A stretch of 64,000 bases of DNA, from the NCBI RefSeq assembly GCF_902713615.1, contig NC_052157.1, positions 61,158,146 through 61,222,145 of the forward strand, in the 5' to 3' direction. A program made the translations under genes and the position numbers. This document shows positions 44,646 to 58,550 of this stretch, piece after piece. The notes below the pieces were generated by a model. The model saw only the letters and a list, made by a program, of their open reading frames with translations. It was not told where the DNA came from and searched no databases. Source of the stretch: Scyliorhinus canicula (taxonomy: Eukaryota). The stretch's first letter is position 1. Every line of letters starts with the position of its first letter.

Positions 44646-44747
44646 TTAAAGAGCACCATCGACAAAATCACAATTTGCATACAGATCATTTGGTTCAGGA
44701 CTGACTCCGTGGTTATATTTCATTTCCAAGTTCTTTACATCTTTGTT
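44646..44747 (-). CDS. Terminal coding exon of a minus-strand gene (NKDVKNLEMKYNHGVSPEPNDLYANCDFVDGAL*)
   Basis: Strong acceptor CATTTCTGTTTCTATTGCAG, phase 0 matching exon 62427-62295, TAA at 44648-44646. AATAAA candidates near 43812-43820 on the minus strand. Confidence 0.7.
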   Translation of the reverse strand, partial: NKDVKNLEMKYNHGVSPEPNDLYANCDFVDGAL

Positions 44748-44869
44748 CTGCAATAGAAACAGAAATGATCAGAGGGACAATAATCATAGTGATGTGCATT
44801 TAGAATTATTGACCCAAATCAAAATTCTACCCACAATTGATACCATAATAAATGATGCTAAATGGTGTT

Positions 44870-46396
44870 GAGATTTGATTACTGATGCCGAAAGGTGTTG
44901 GATTATTGATACTGAATGGTGTTGGGTTTGATTATTGATGCTGAACAGGGTTTGATTATCGAGACTGAATGGCGTTGGGTTTGATTATTGATACTGAATG
45001 GGGTTTGATTATTGAGACAGAATGGGGTTTGATTATTGGCACTGAATGATGTAGCATTTGACTATTGATACTGAACAGGGTTTGATTATTGACACAGAAT
45101 GAGGTTTGATTACTGATACTGAACAATGTTTGATTACTGATATTGAACGGTGTTTAATTATTGATACTGAACAGTGTTTGATTACTGATACTGAATGGTG
45201 TTTGATTATTGATACAGAATAAGATTTGATTACTGATACTGAACAGGGTTTGATTACTGATACTCAACAGTATTTGATTATTGATAGTGAATGGGGTTTG
45301 ATTCTTGATACTGAACGGTGTTTGATTATTGATACTCAGCAGGGTTTGATTATTGATACTGAATGGTGTTGGGTTTAATTATTGATAGTGAACGGGGTTT
45401 GGTTATTGACACTGACGGTGTTTGATTATTGCTACTGAACGGTGTTTGATTATTGATACTGAACAGGGTTTAATTATTGATACTGAATGGTGTTTAATTA
45501 TTGATACTGAACAGGGTTTGATTATTGATACTGAACGGTGTTTAATTATTGATACTGAACAGGGTTTGATTATTGATACTGAATGGTGTTGGGTTTGATT
45601 ATTGATATAAAATTGAGATCAATTGTTGATACCAAATGATGGAAGGTTTTATTGTTGATAGAATGGTATTGGTTTGATTATCAATATTGTACGGGGTTTC
45701 AGTATTGCTACTGAACGGTGTTTAATTATTGATACTGGACGGTGTTTGATTATTGATACTGAACGGCATTTAATTATTGATACTGAATGGGGTTTAATTA
45801 TTGATACTGGATGGTGTTTGATTATTGATACTGAACGGTGTTTAATTATTGATACTGAATGGGGTTTGATTATTGATACTGAATGGGGTTTGACTATTGA
45901 TATTGAACAATGTTTGATTATTGATACTGAAGGGCGTTTGATTATTGACATTGAAGGGGTTTGATTATTGATACTGAATTGGGTTTGATTATTGATACTG
46001 AACGGAGTTTGATTATTGATACTGAACAATGTTTGATTATTGATACTGAACGGTGTTTAATTACTAATACAGAAGGAGTTTGATTATTGATTTGAATGGT
46101 GTTGTTTGATTACTGAAACTGAACGGGATTTGATTATTGATACGGAATGGAGTTTGATTGTTGATAACGAATAATGTTGTGTTTGATTGTTGATAGACCG
46201 GTGTTGGGTTTGATTATCAACATTGAACGGGCTTTCCATTATTGATACTGAATGGTGTTGGGTTTGATTATTGATAATGAACGGTCTTTGATTATTGCTA
46301 CAGAACAATGTTTCATTATTGATACTGAACGGTGTTTGATTATTGATATTTAAGGTGTTGATTATTGATACTGAATTGGGTTTAATTATTGATACT
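44870..46396. repeat. 24-bp minisatellite block 1 (TTGATTATTGATACTGAACGGTGT)n
   Basis: Tandem units, more degenerate than blocks 2 and 3. Confidence 0.95.
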
Positions 46397-49300
46397 GAAT
46401 AAAGAACAAAGAACAAAGAAAGGTACAGCACAGGAACAGGCCCTTCGGCACTCCAAGCCTGTGCCGACCATGCTACCCGACTAAACTACAGTCTTCTACA
46501 ATTCCTGGATCCGTATCCCTCTATTCGGGTTCTTCTCGGGCAGCACGGTAGCACAAGTAGATTTCACTGTGGCTTCACACCTGGGTCCCAGGTTCGATTC
46601 CCTGCTGGGTCACTGTCTGTGCGGAGTCTGCACGTTCTCCCCGTGTGTGCGTGGATTTCCTCCGGGTGCTCCGGTTTCCTCCCACAGTCCAAAGACGTGC
46701 AGGTCAGGTGGATTGGCCATGATAAATTGCCCTTAGTGACCAAAAAAGGTTAGGAGGGGTTATTGGGTTACGGGGTTAGGGTGGAAGTGAGGGCTTAGGT
46801 GGGTCGGTGCAGACTTGATGGGCCGAATGGCCTCCTTCTGCACTGTATGTTCTATGTATTCCCATCCTATTCATGTATTTATCAAGATGCTCCTTAAATG
46901 TCACTATCATCCCTGCTTCCACCACCTTCTCCGGCAGTGAGTTCCAGGCACACTAACCTCTTTGTAAAAAACCTGCCTCGTACATCTACTCTAAACCTTG
47001 CCCCTCGCACCTTAAACCTATGCCCCCTAGTAATTGACCCCTCTACCTTGGGGAAAAGCCTCTGATGATCCGCTCTGTCTATGCCCCTCATAATTTTGTA
47101 GACCTCTATCAGGTCACCCCTCAAACTCCGTCGTTCCTGTGAGAACCAACCAAGTTTATTCAACCGCTCCTCATAGCTAATGCCCTCCATACCAGGCAAC
47201 ATCCTGGTAAATCTCTTCTGCACCCTCTCTAAAGCCTCCACATCCTTCTGGTCGTGTGGCGACCAGAATTGAACATTATACTCCAAGTGTGGCCTAACTA
47301 AGGTTCTATGCTGCTGCCACATGACTTGCCAATTCTTATACTCAATACCCTGGCCAATGAAGGCAAGCATGCCGTATGCCTTCTTGACTACCTTCACCAC
47401 CTGTGTTGCCCCTTTCAGTGACCTGTGGACCCATATACCTAGATCTCTCTGACTTTCAATACTCTTGAGGGTTCTACCATTCACTGTATTTTCCCGACCT
47501 GCATTAGACCTTCCAAAATGCATTACCTCACATTTGCCTGGATTAAACTCCATCTGCCATCTCTCCGCCCAAGTCTCCAAATGATCTAAATCCTGCTGTA
47601 TCCTCTGACAGTCCTCATCACTATGTGCAACAATCTTTGTGTCATCTGCAAACTTACTAATCACACCAGTTACATTTTCCTCAAATCATTTATATGTACT
47701 ACAAACAGCAAAGGTCCCAGCACTGATCCCTGCGGAACACCACTAGTCACAGCCCTCCAATTAGAAAAGCACCCTTCCATTGCTTCTCTCTGCCTTCTAT
47801 GGCCTAGCCAGTTCTGTATCCATCTTGCCAGCTCACCCCTGATCCCGTGTGACTTCACCTTTTGTACCAGTCTGCCATGAGGGACCTTGTCAAACGCCTT
47901 ACTGAAGTCCATATAAACAACATCCACTGCCCTACCTGCATAAATCATCTTTGTGGCCTCTTCGAAAAACTCTATCAAGTTAGTGAGACACGACCTCCCC
48001 TTCACAAAACCATGCTGCCTCTCACTAATACATCCATTTGTTTCCAATTGGGAGTGAATCCTGTCTCGAAGAATTCTCTCCAGTAATTTCCCTACCACTG
48101 ATGTAAGGCTCACCGGCCTGTTGTTCCCTGGATTATCCTTGCTACCCTTCTTAAATAAAGGAACAACATTGGCTATTTTCCAGTACTCCGGGACATCACT
48201 TGAAGACAGTGTGGATCCAAAGATTTTTGTCAAGGCCTTAGCAATTTACTCTCTAGCCTCCTTCAGTATTCTGAGGTAGATCCCATCAGGCCCTGGGGAC
48301 TTATCTACCTTAATATTTTTCAAGACTCCCAACACCTCATCTTTTTGGATCTCAATGTGACCCAGGCTATCTACACACCCTTCTCCAGACTCAACATCCA
48401 CCAATTCCTTCTCTTTGGTGAATACTGATGCAAAGTATTAATTTAGTACCTTGTCCATTTCCTCTGGTTCCACACATAGATTCCCTTGCCTATCCTTCAG
48501 TGGGCCAACCCTTTCCCTGGCTACCCTCTTGCTTTTTATGTACGTGTAAAAATCCTTGGGATTTTCCTTAACCCTATTTGCCAATGACTTTTCGTGACCC
48601 CTTCTAGCCCTCCTGACTCCTTGCTTAAGTTCCTTCCTACTTTCCTTATATTCCACACAGGCTTCGTCTGTTCCCAGCCTTCTAGCCCTGACAAATGCCT
48701 CCTTTTTCTTTTTGACGAGGCCTACAATATCTCTCGTTATCCAACATTCCTGAAATTTGCTGTATTTATCCTTCTTCCTCACAGGAACATGCCGGTCCTG
48801 AATTCCTTTCAACTGACACTTGAAAGCCTCCCACATGTCAGGTGCTGATTTACCCTCAAACATCCCAATCTAGGTTCTTCAGTTCCTGCCTAGTATTGTT
48901 CTAATTAGCCTTCCCCCAATTTAGCACATTCACCCTAGGACCACTCTTATCCTTGTCCACCAGCACTTTAAAACTTACTGAATTGTGGTCACTGTTCCTG
49001 AAATGCTCCCCTACTGAAATTTCTACCACCTGGCTGGGCTCATTCCCCAATACAAGGTCCAGTACAGCCCCTTCCCTAGTTGGACTGTCTACATATTGTT
49101 TTTAAGAAGCCCTCCTGGATGCTCCTTACAAAGTCTGCCCTGTCTAAGCCCCTAGAACTAAGTGAGTCCCAGTCAATATTGGGGAAGTTGAAGTCTCCCA
49201 TCACAACAACCCTGTTGTTTTTACTCTTTTCCAAAATCTGTCTACCTATCTGCTCCTCTGTCTCCCGCTGGCTGTTGGGAGGCCTGTTGTAAACCCCTAA

Positions 49301-49509
49301 CATTGTGACTGCACCCTTCTTATTCCTGATCCCTACCCATATAGCCTCACTGCCCTCTGAGGTGTCCTTCCGCAATACAGCTGTGATATTCTCCCTAACC
49401 AGTAGCACAACTCCGCCACCCCTTTTACATCCCCCTCTCTCCCGCCTTGAAACATCTAAATCCTGGAATGTTTAGCTGCCAATCCTGTCCTTCCCTCAAC
49501 CAGGTCTTT
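46397..49509 (-). mobile_element. CR1 LINE ORF2, 5'-truncated and frameshifted, inserted in the minisatellite
   Basis: APE VVMGDFN and RT KFADDTK split over several ORFs. (TTCTTTG)n tail at 46397. Confidence 0.93.
46538..46856 (+). mobile_element. HE1-like V-SINE nested in the CR1 3' region
   Basis: GGGCAGCACGGTAGC head and V-domain. Short TATTC duplication at the flanks. Confidence 0.88.
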
Positions 49510-52500
49510 GTGTTTGATTATCGATACTGAACTGTGTTTGATTATTGATACTGAACGGTGTGTGATTATTGATAGTGAACGGTGTTTGATTATTGATACT
49601 GAACAATGTTTGATTATTGATACTGAATGGTGTTTGATTATTGATATTGAAGGGGTTTGATTATTGATACTGAATTAGGTTTGATTATTGATACTGAGTG
49701 GTGTTTGATTATTAATACGGAACAATGTTTGATTATTGATACTGAATTGAGTTTGATTATTGATACTGAACGGAGTTTGATTATTGGTACTGAATGGTGC
49801 TGGGTTTGATTATTGATACTGAACGGGGTTTGATTATTAATACTCAATGGTGTTGGGTTTGATTATTGATATGGAATGAAGTTTGATTATTGTTACTGGA
49901 CGTTGTTTGATTATTGATAAGGAATGGAGTTTTATTGTTCATACTGAATGATTTGGGTTTGATTGTTGATTGAATGGCGTTGGATTGATTATCAATATTG
50001 AACGGTGTTTGATTATTGATGTTGAATAATGTTTGATTATTGATACTGAATGGTGTTTGATTATTGACACTGAATAGGATTCATTATTGATACTGAATGG
50101 GGGTTCGTTATTAATACTGAACGGTGTTTGATTATTGATACTGAACGGGGTTTGATTATTGATATTAAACGGTGTTTGATTATTGATGCAGAATGGTTTT
50201 TGTTTATTGATACTGATTGGTGTTTGATTATTCACACTGAACGGTCTTTAATTATTGATACTGAGCGGTGTTTGATTATTGATACTGAATAGTGTCTGAT
50301 CATTGATACTGAATGGCGTTTGGTTATTGATACTGAACAGTATTGAGATTGATTATTGATACTGAACGGTATTTGATTATTGATACTGAACGGGTTTTGT
50401 TTATTGATAATGAACGCTGTTTAATTATTGATACAGAATAGTGTTTGATTTTTGATACTGAGTGGTGTTTGATTATTGATACGGAACAGTGTTGATTATT
50501 GATGCTGAAAAGTTTTAAATTATTGATAGTGAACAAGCTTGATTATTGATACTGAACGGTATTTGATGATTGATACTGAACGGTGTTTGATTATTGATAC
50601 TGAACGGTGTTTGATTATTGATACGGAACGGTGTTTAATTATTGATACTGAACGGTGTTTGATTATTGATACTGAACGGTGTTTAATTATTGATACTGAA
50701 CGATGTTTAATTATTGATACTGAACGGTGTTTGATTATTGATACTGAACGGTGTTTGATTATTGATACGGAACGGTGTTTGATTATTGATACTGAACGGT
50801 GTTTAATTATTGATACTGGACGGTGTTTGATTATTGATACTGAACGGTGTTTATTTATTGATATTGAACGATGTTTAATTATTGATACGGAACGATGTTT
50901 GATTATTGATAGTGAATGAGTTTAAGAATTTCTCCTGAACAGTGTTTGATTATTGATACTAAATGGTGTTTGATTATTGATAGTAAACGAGTTTGCTTAT
51001 TGATAGTGAACAAGATTGATTATTGATACTGAACAGTGTTTGATTATTGATACTGATCAGTGTTTAATTATTGACACTGAACGGTGTTTAATTATTGATA
51101 CTGAACGAGGTTTGAATATTGATACTGAACTGGGTTTGATTATTGATACCGAATGGTGTTTGATTATTGATACTAAATGAGGTTTGAATATTGATACTGA
51201 ATGGTGTTTGATTATTGATACTGAACAGTGTTTGATTTTTGATACTGAACGGTGTTGATTATTGATACTGAACGGTGTTGATTATTGATACTGAATGGTG
51301 TTTGATTATTGATACAGAACGGGGTATGATTATTGATACTGAACGGTTTTTGATGATTGATACTGAGCGGTGTTTAATTATCGATACTGAACGGTGTTTG
51401 ATTATTGATACTGAACAGTGTTTAATTATTGATACGGAACGGTGTTTGATTATTGATAGTGAACAAGCTTGATTATTGATACTGAACGGTTTTTGATTAT
51501 TGATACTGAACGGTGTTTGATTATTGATACGGAACGGTGTTTGATTATTGATACTGAGCGGTGTTTAATTATTGATACTGAACGGTTTTTAATTATTGAT
51601 ACTGAATGATGTTTAATTATTGATACGGAACGATGTTTGATTATTGATAGTGAATGAGTTTAAGAATTGCTCCTGAACAGTGTTTAATTATTGATACTGA
51701 ATGGTGTTTGATTATTGATAGTAAACAAGTTTGCTTATTGACAGTGAACAAGATTGATTATTGATACTGAACGGTGTTTGATTATTGATACTGAACGGTG
51801 TTTGTTTATTGATACGGAACGGTGTTTGATTATTGATACTGAACGGTGTTTAATTATTGATACTGAACGGTGTTTGATTATTGATACTGAACGGTGTTTA
51901 ATTATTGATACTGAACGATGTTTAATTATTGATCCGGAACAATGTTTGATTATTGATAGTGAATGAGTTTAAGAATTGCTCCTGAACAGTGTTTGATTAT
52001 TGATACTGAATGGTGTTTGATTATTGATAGTAAACGAGTTTGCTTATTGACAGTGAACAAGATTGATTATTGATACTGAACAGTGTTTGATTATTGATAC
52101 TGATCAGTGTTTAATTATTGACACTGAACGGTGTTTAATTATTGATACTGAACGAGGTTTGAATATTGATACTGAACTGGGTTTGATTATTGATACCGAA
52201 TGGTGTTTGATTATTGATACTAAATGAGGTTTGAATATTGATACTGAATGGGGCTTGATTATTGATACTGAACAGTCTTTATTTATTGATAGTGAATGGT
52301 GTTTGATTATTGATACTGAACAGTGTTTAATATTTGATACTGAACGGTGTTGATTATTGATACTGAACAAATTTTAGTTATTGATACTGAATGGTGTTTG
52401 ATTATTGATACAGAACGGTTTTTGATGATTGATACTGAACGGTGTTTAATTATCGATACTGAACGGTGTTTGATTATTGATAGTGAACAAGCTTGATTAT

Positions 52501-53103
52501 TGATACTGAACGGGGATTGTTTATTGACACTGAACAGGGTTTGAATATTGATATTGAACAGTATTTGATTATTGAAAGTGAATGAGTTTAATTATTGATA
52601 CTGAAATGTGTTTAATTATTGATACGGAACAGTGTTTGATTGTTGATAGTGAATGAGTTTAATTATTGATACTGAACAGTGTTTAATTATTGATACGGAA
52701 TGGTGTTTGATTGTTGATACTGAACGGTGCTTGATTATTGATACTGAACGGATTTGATTATTGCTGGTGAACGGGTTTGATTATTGATACTGAACGAGGT
52801 TTGAATATTGAGACTGAATGGGATTTGATTATTGATACCGAATGGGGTTTGATTATTGTTACCGACCAGGGTTTGATTATTGATATTGAATGTCTTTTGA
52901 TTATTGATACTGAACGGTGTTTGATTATTGATACTGAACTGGGTTTGATTATTGATACTGAATGGCTTTTGATTATTGATACTAAACGATGTTTGAATAT
53001 TGAGACTGAATGGGATTTGATTTTTGATACTGAACGGTGTTTAATTATTGATACTGAACAGTTTTAAATTATTGATACTGAATATTGATACTGAACGGTG
53101 TTT
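49510..53103. repeat. 24-bp minisatellite block 2
   Basis: About 150 units, with higher-order duplications marked by GAATGAGTTTAAGAATT at 50914, 51652 and 51961. Confidence 0.97.
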
Positions 53104-56100
53104 AGACCATAAGACCATAAGACATAGTAGTGGAAGTAAGGCCATTCGGCCCATCGAGTCCACTCCTCTATTCAATCATGGCTGATGGGCATTTCAACTC
53201 CACCTACCAGCATTCTCCCCGTAGCCCTTAATTCCTCGCAACATCAAGAATTTATCTATCTCTGCCTTGAAGCCATTTAGCGTCCCGGCCTCCACTGCAC
53301 TCCGCGGCAATGAATTCCACAGGCCCACCACTCTCTGGCTGAAGAAATGTCTCCGCATTTCTGTTCTGAATTTACCCCCTCTAATTCTAAGGCTGTGCCC
53401 ACGGGTCCTCGTCTCCTCGCCTAACGGAAACAGTTTCTTTGCGTCCACCCTTTCTAAGCCATGTATTATCTTGTAAGTTTCTATTAGATCTCCCCTTAAC
53501 CTTCTAAACTCCAATGAATACAATCCCAGGATCCTCAGCCGTTCATCATATGTTAGACCCGCCATTCCAGGGATCATCCGTGTGAATCTCCGCTGGACAC
53601 GCTCCAGTGCCAGTATGTCCTTCCTGAGATGTGGGGCCCAAAACTGGACACAGTACTCCAAATGGGGCCTAACCAGAGCCTTATAAAGGCTCAGTAGCAC
53701 ATCGCTGCTTTTATATTCCAACCCTCTTGAGATAAATGACAACATTGCATTCGCTTTCTTAATCACAGATTCAACCTGCATGTTTACCTTTAGGGAATCC
53801 TCGACTAGCACTCCCAGATCCCTTTGTACTTTGGCATTATGAATTTTCTCACCGTTTAGAAAGTAGTCTAAGCTTGGATTCTTTTTTCCAAAGTGCAAGA
53901 CCTCACATTTTCTCACGTTGAATTGCATCAGCCATTTCCTGCACCACTCTCCCAAACTGTCTAGATCCTTCTGCAGCCTCCCCACTTCCTTAGCACTACC
54001 TGCCTGACCACCTAACTTTGTATCATCGGCAAACTTCGCTAGAATGCCCCCAGTCCCTTCATCCAGATCATTAATATATATGGTGAACAGCTGCGGCCCC
54101 AACACTGAACCCTGTGGGACACCGCTGGTCACCGGCTGCCATTCCGAAAAAGAACCTTTTATCCCAACTCTCTGCCTTCTGTCAGACAGCCAATCCTCAA
54201 CCCATGCCAGTAGCTCACCTCGAACACCATGGGCCCTCACCTTACTCAGCAGCCTCCTGTGTGGCACCTTATCAAAGGCCTTTTGGAAATCCAGATAGAC
54301 CACATCAACTGGGTTTCCCTGGTCTAACCTACTTGTCACCTCCTCAAAGAATTCTAACAGGTTCGTCAGGCACGACCTCCCCTTACTAAATCCATGTTGA
54401 CTTGTTCTAATCCGACCCTGCTCTTCCAAGAATTTAGAAATCTCATCCTTAACGATTGATTCTAGAATTTTACCAACAACCGAGGTTAGGCTAATTGGCC
54501 TATAATTTTCCATCTTTTGTCTTGATCCTTTCTTGAACAAGGGGGTTACAACAGCGATCTTCCAATCGTCCGGGACTTTCCCTGACTCCAGTGATTTTTG
54601 AAAGATCTCAACCAACGCTTCCGCTATTTCTTCAGCTACCTCCCTCAGAACTCTAGGGTGTAGCCCATCGGGGCCAGGAGATTTGTCAATTTTAAGACTT
54701 TTTAGCTTTTTTAGCACCATCTCTTTTGTAATGGCAACCATACTCAACTCAGCCCCCTGACCCTCTATAATTGTTGGGATATTACTCGTCTTCCACTGTG
54801 AAGACAGACGCAAAGTACTTATTAAGTTCTCCAGCCATTTCCTCGTCTCCCATCACTAGCCTTCCGGAATCAGTTTGAATTGGCCCAATGTCTACTTTGG
54901 CCTGTCGTTTGTTTCTTATGTATTGAAAGAAACTTTTACTATCATTTCTTATATTACTGGCTAGCCTGCCTTCATATTTGATCCTCTCCTTCCTTATTTG
55001 TCTCTGTTAACCTCTGTTTGTTTTTGTAGCCTTCCCAATCTTCTGATTTCCCAGTGCTTTTGGCCACTTTATAGGATCTCTCTTTTTCTTTGATACATTT
55101 CCTGACCTCCTTTGTCAGCCATGGCTGTCTAATCCCTCCCCGGATAATCTTTCTTTTCTTGGGGATGAACCTCTGTACAGTGTCCTCAATTATGCATACA
55201 AACTCCTGCCATTTTTGCTCTGCTGTCTTCCCCACTAGGGTCTGCTGCCAGTCGATTTTCGCCAGTTCCTCTCTCATGCCCTCGTAATTACCTTTATTTA
55301 ACTGTAACACCATTACATCCGATTTTGCCTTCTCTCTTTCAAACTGCAGACTGAACTCAACCATATTATGATCGCTGCTTCCTAAGTGTTCCCTTACTTT
55401 AAGATCTTTTATAAAGTCTGGTTCAGACTGGGCCTCACGGTAGCATGGTGGTTAGCATCAATGCTTCACAGCTCCAGGGTCCCAGGTTCGATTCCCGGCT
55501 GGGTCACTGTCTGTGTGGAGTCTGCACGTCCTCCCCGTGTGTGCGTGGGTTTCCTCCGGGTGCTCCGGTTTCCTCCCACAGTCCAAAAGATGTGCGGGTT
55601 AGGTGGATTGGCCATGCTAAATTGCCCGTAGTGTAAGGTTAGTGGGGGGATTGTTGGGTTACGGGTATACGGGTTACATGGGTTTAAGTAGGGTGATCAT
55701 TGCTCGGCACAACATCGAGGGCCGAAGGGCCTGTTCTGTGCTGTACTGTTCTATAATCTATAATTACATAGCACTAGGTCCAGAATAGCCTGCTCCCTTG
55801 TGGGCTCCATGACAAGCTGTTCCAAAAAGCCTTCTTGTAAGCATTCCATGAATTCCTTTTCTTTGGATCCACTGGCTACGTTATTTACCCAATCCACCTG
55901 CATATTGAAGTCCCCCATGATCACCGTGACCTTGCCTTTCTGACATGCCTTTTCTATTTCCCGGTACATGTTGCGCCCCTGGTCCTGACCACTGTTAGGA
56001 GGTCTGTACATAACTCCCATTATGGTTTTTTTGCCTTTGTGGTTCCTCAATTCTACCCACACAGACTCCACATCATCCGACCCTATGTCGTTTAGTGCCA

Positions 56101-57040
56101 TAGATTTAATTTTGTTCTTAACTAACAAGGCAACCCCACCCCCTCGGCCCATCTCCCTGTCTTTTCGATAGGTTGTATATCCTTGGATGTTTAACTGCCA
56201 GTCCTGAACCCCCTGCAGCCATGTCTCTGTGATGCCTACCACATCATAATCATTCACGATGATCTGTGCCATTAGTTCGTCTACTTTGTTACAAATGCTA
56301 CGAGCATTCAGGTAAAGTGCCTTAATGCTACCTTTCTTATCGTTACAGATATTGGAAGTCCTAAGATGTCCAAAGTTATCCTTCCTTTTTGTTGAATTCC
56401 TAGTCTGCCTCAAGCTTAAATCCACCTGCCTACATGTTATCCTCCTGCGTATCTTGCCATTTAACTCCATGCTCCCTGTCGCTTTCACTTTCCCTTCCCC
56501 CCAACTCAGAAGTTTAAAGTCCTACTGACCACCCTATTTATCCTCTTCGCTAGAACACTGGTTCCAGATCGGTTCAGGTGGAGACCGTCCCAACGGTACA
56601 GATCCCCCCGGTTCAAAAACTGATGCCAATGTCCCATGAAGTGGAATCCCTCTTTCCCACACCAATCCCTTAGCCACGTGTTTACTTCCCTAATTTTCTT
56701 GTCCCTCTGCCAATTGGCACGTGGCTCGGGCAGTAATCCGGAGATTATGACCCTTGAGGACCTGTATTTCAATTTTCTTCCCAGTGCTTGATAGTCCCCG
56801 AACAGGTCCTCCACCCTAGCTTTACCTATGTTGTTAGTCCCAACGTGGACCACAACAACTGGATCCTCCCCCTCCCGCTCCAATATCCTTTCAAGCCGGT
56901 CAGAGATGTCCCGCACCCTGGCACCGGGCAGGCAACACACCATGCGAGACTCCCGATCCGGCTTGCATAGGATACTATCTGTCCCCCTAATTATAGAATC
57001 TGTCCCCCTAATTATAGAATTTCCCCCTAATTATAGAATC
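53104..57040 (-). mobile_element. CR1 LINE: ORF1 esterase end plus ORF2 (frameshifted; RT ORF 54813-53194 open)
   Basis: SGNH esterase VHVGTNN..DGLHL, APE VGITETW/GDFN, RT KFADDTK, CTTATGGT-type tail. Confidence 0.95.
55427..55764 (+). mobile_element. HE1-like V-SINE nested in the CR1 endonuclease domain
   Basis: Interrupts LDLVLCN|EPDFIKDL. Full head and V-domain present. Confidence 0.9.
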
Positions 57041-57145
57041 AAAAAGATGAGTAATCTGGATTTTCACTCCTGTGATATCAGTGGAGAACTCAGTAGCTAG
57101 TCTGTAAATAGTTAATACTCCGCTACATGCCACCAGACTGTTGTC

Positions 57146-58550
57146 TGTTTAATTATTGATACTGAACTGTGTTTGATTATTGATACTGAACGGTGTTTAA
57201 TTATTGATACTGAACAGTGTTTAATTATTGATACTGAATGGTGTTTGATTATTGATACGGAACAATGTTTAATTATTGATACTGAACGGTGTTTGATTAT
57301 TGATACTGAATGGTGTTTAATTATTGATACTGAACGGTGTTTAATTATTGATACTGGACGGTGTTTGATTATTGATATTGAACAGTGTTTAATTATTGAT
57401 ACTGAACGGTGTTTGATTATTGATACTGGACGGTGTTTGATTATTGATATTGAACAGTGTTTAATTATTGATACCGAACGGTGTTTGATTATTGATACTG
57501 AACGGTGTTTGATTATTGATACTGAACGGTGTTTAATTATTGATACTGAACAGTTTTTGATTATTGATACTGAACGGTGTTTAATTATTGACACTGAACG
57601 GTGTTTGATTATTGTTACTGAATAGTGGTTAATTATTGATACTGAACAGTGTTTAATTATTGATACTGAACGGTGTTTGATTATTTATACTGAACAGTTT
57701 TTAATTATTGATGCTGAACAGTATTTGATTATTGATATTGAATGGGGTTGATTATTGTTATTGACCAGTGTTTAATTATTGATACTGAACAGGGTTTGAT
57801 TATTGATACTGAACAGGGTTTGATTTTCGATACTGAACGGTGTTTGATGATTGATACTGAATGGTGTTTAATTATTGATACGGAACGGTGTTTGATTATT
57901 GATACTGAATAGTGTTTGATTATTGATAGTAAACGAGTTTGATGATTGACACTGAACGGGGTTTGATTATTGATACTGAACGGTGTTTGATTATTGATAC
58001 TGAACGGTGTTTAATTATCGATACTGAACGGTGTTTGATTATTGATACTGAATAGTGTTTGATTATTGATAGTAAACGAGTTTGATGATTGACACTGAAC
58101 GGAGTTTGATTATTGATACTGAACGGTGTTTGATTATTGATACTGAACGGTGTTTAATTATTGATACTGAACGGTGTTTGATTATTGATACTGAACGGTG
58201 TTTGATTATTGATACTGACCGGTGTTTGATTATTGATACTGAACAGATTTTAATTATTGACACTGAACGGTGTTTGATTATTGATACTGAACAGTGTTTA
58301 ATTTTTGGTACTGAACAGTGTTTAATTATTGATACTGAACGGTGTTTGATTATTTATACTGAACAGTTTTTAAATATTAATGCTGAACAGTGTTTGATTA
58401 TTGATATTGAATGGGGTTTGATTATTGTTATTGAACAGTGTTTGATTATTAATACTGAACAGGGTTTGATTATTGATACTGAACAGGGTTTGATTATCGA
58501 TACTGAACGGTGTTTGATGATTTATACTGAACGTGTTTTGATAATTGATA
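57146..58550. repeat. 24-bp minisatellite block 3
   Basis: Same unit as blocks 1 and 2. Confidence 0.96.

Noticed and set aside
57045-57103. LATEFSTDITGVKIQITHLFD as an exon of the minus-strand gene
   Set aside because: It needs phase 2, but the upstream exon ends in phase 0 (giving TSY*), and no donor precedes the CR1.
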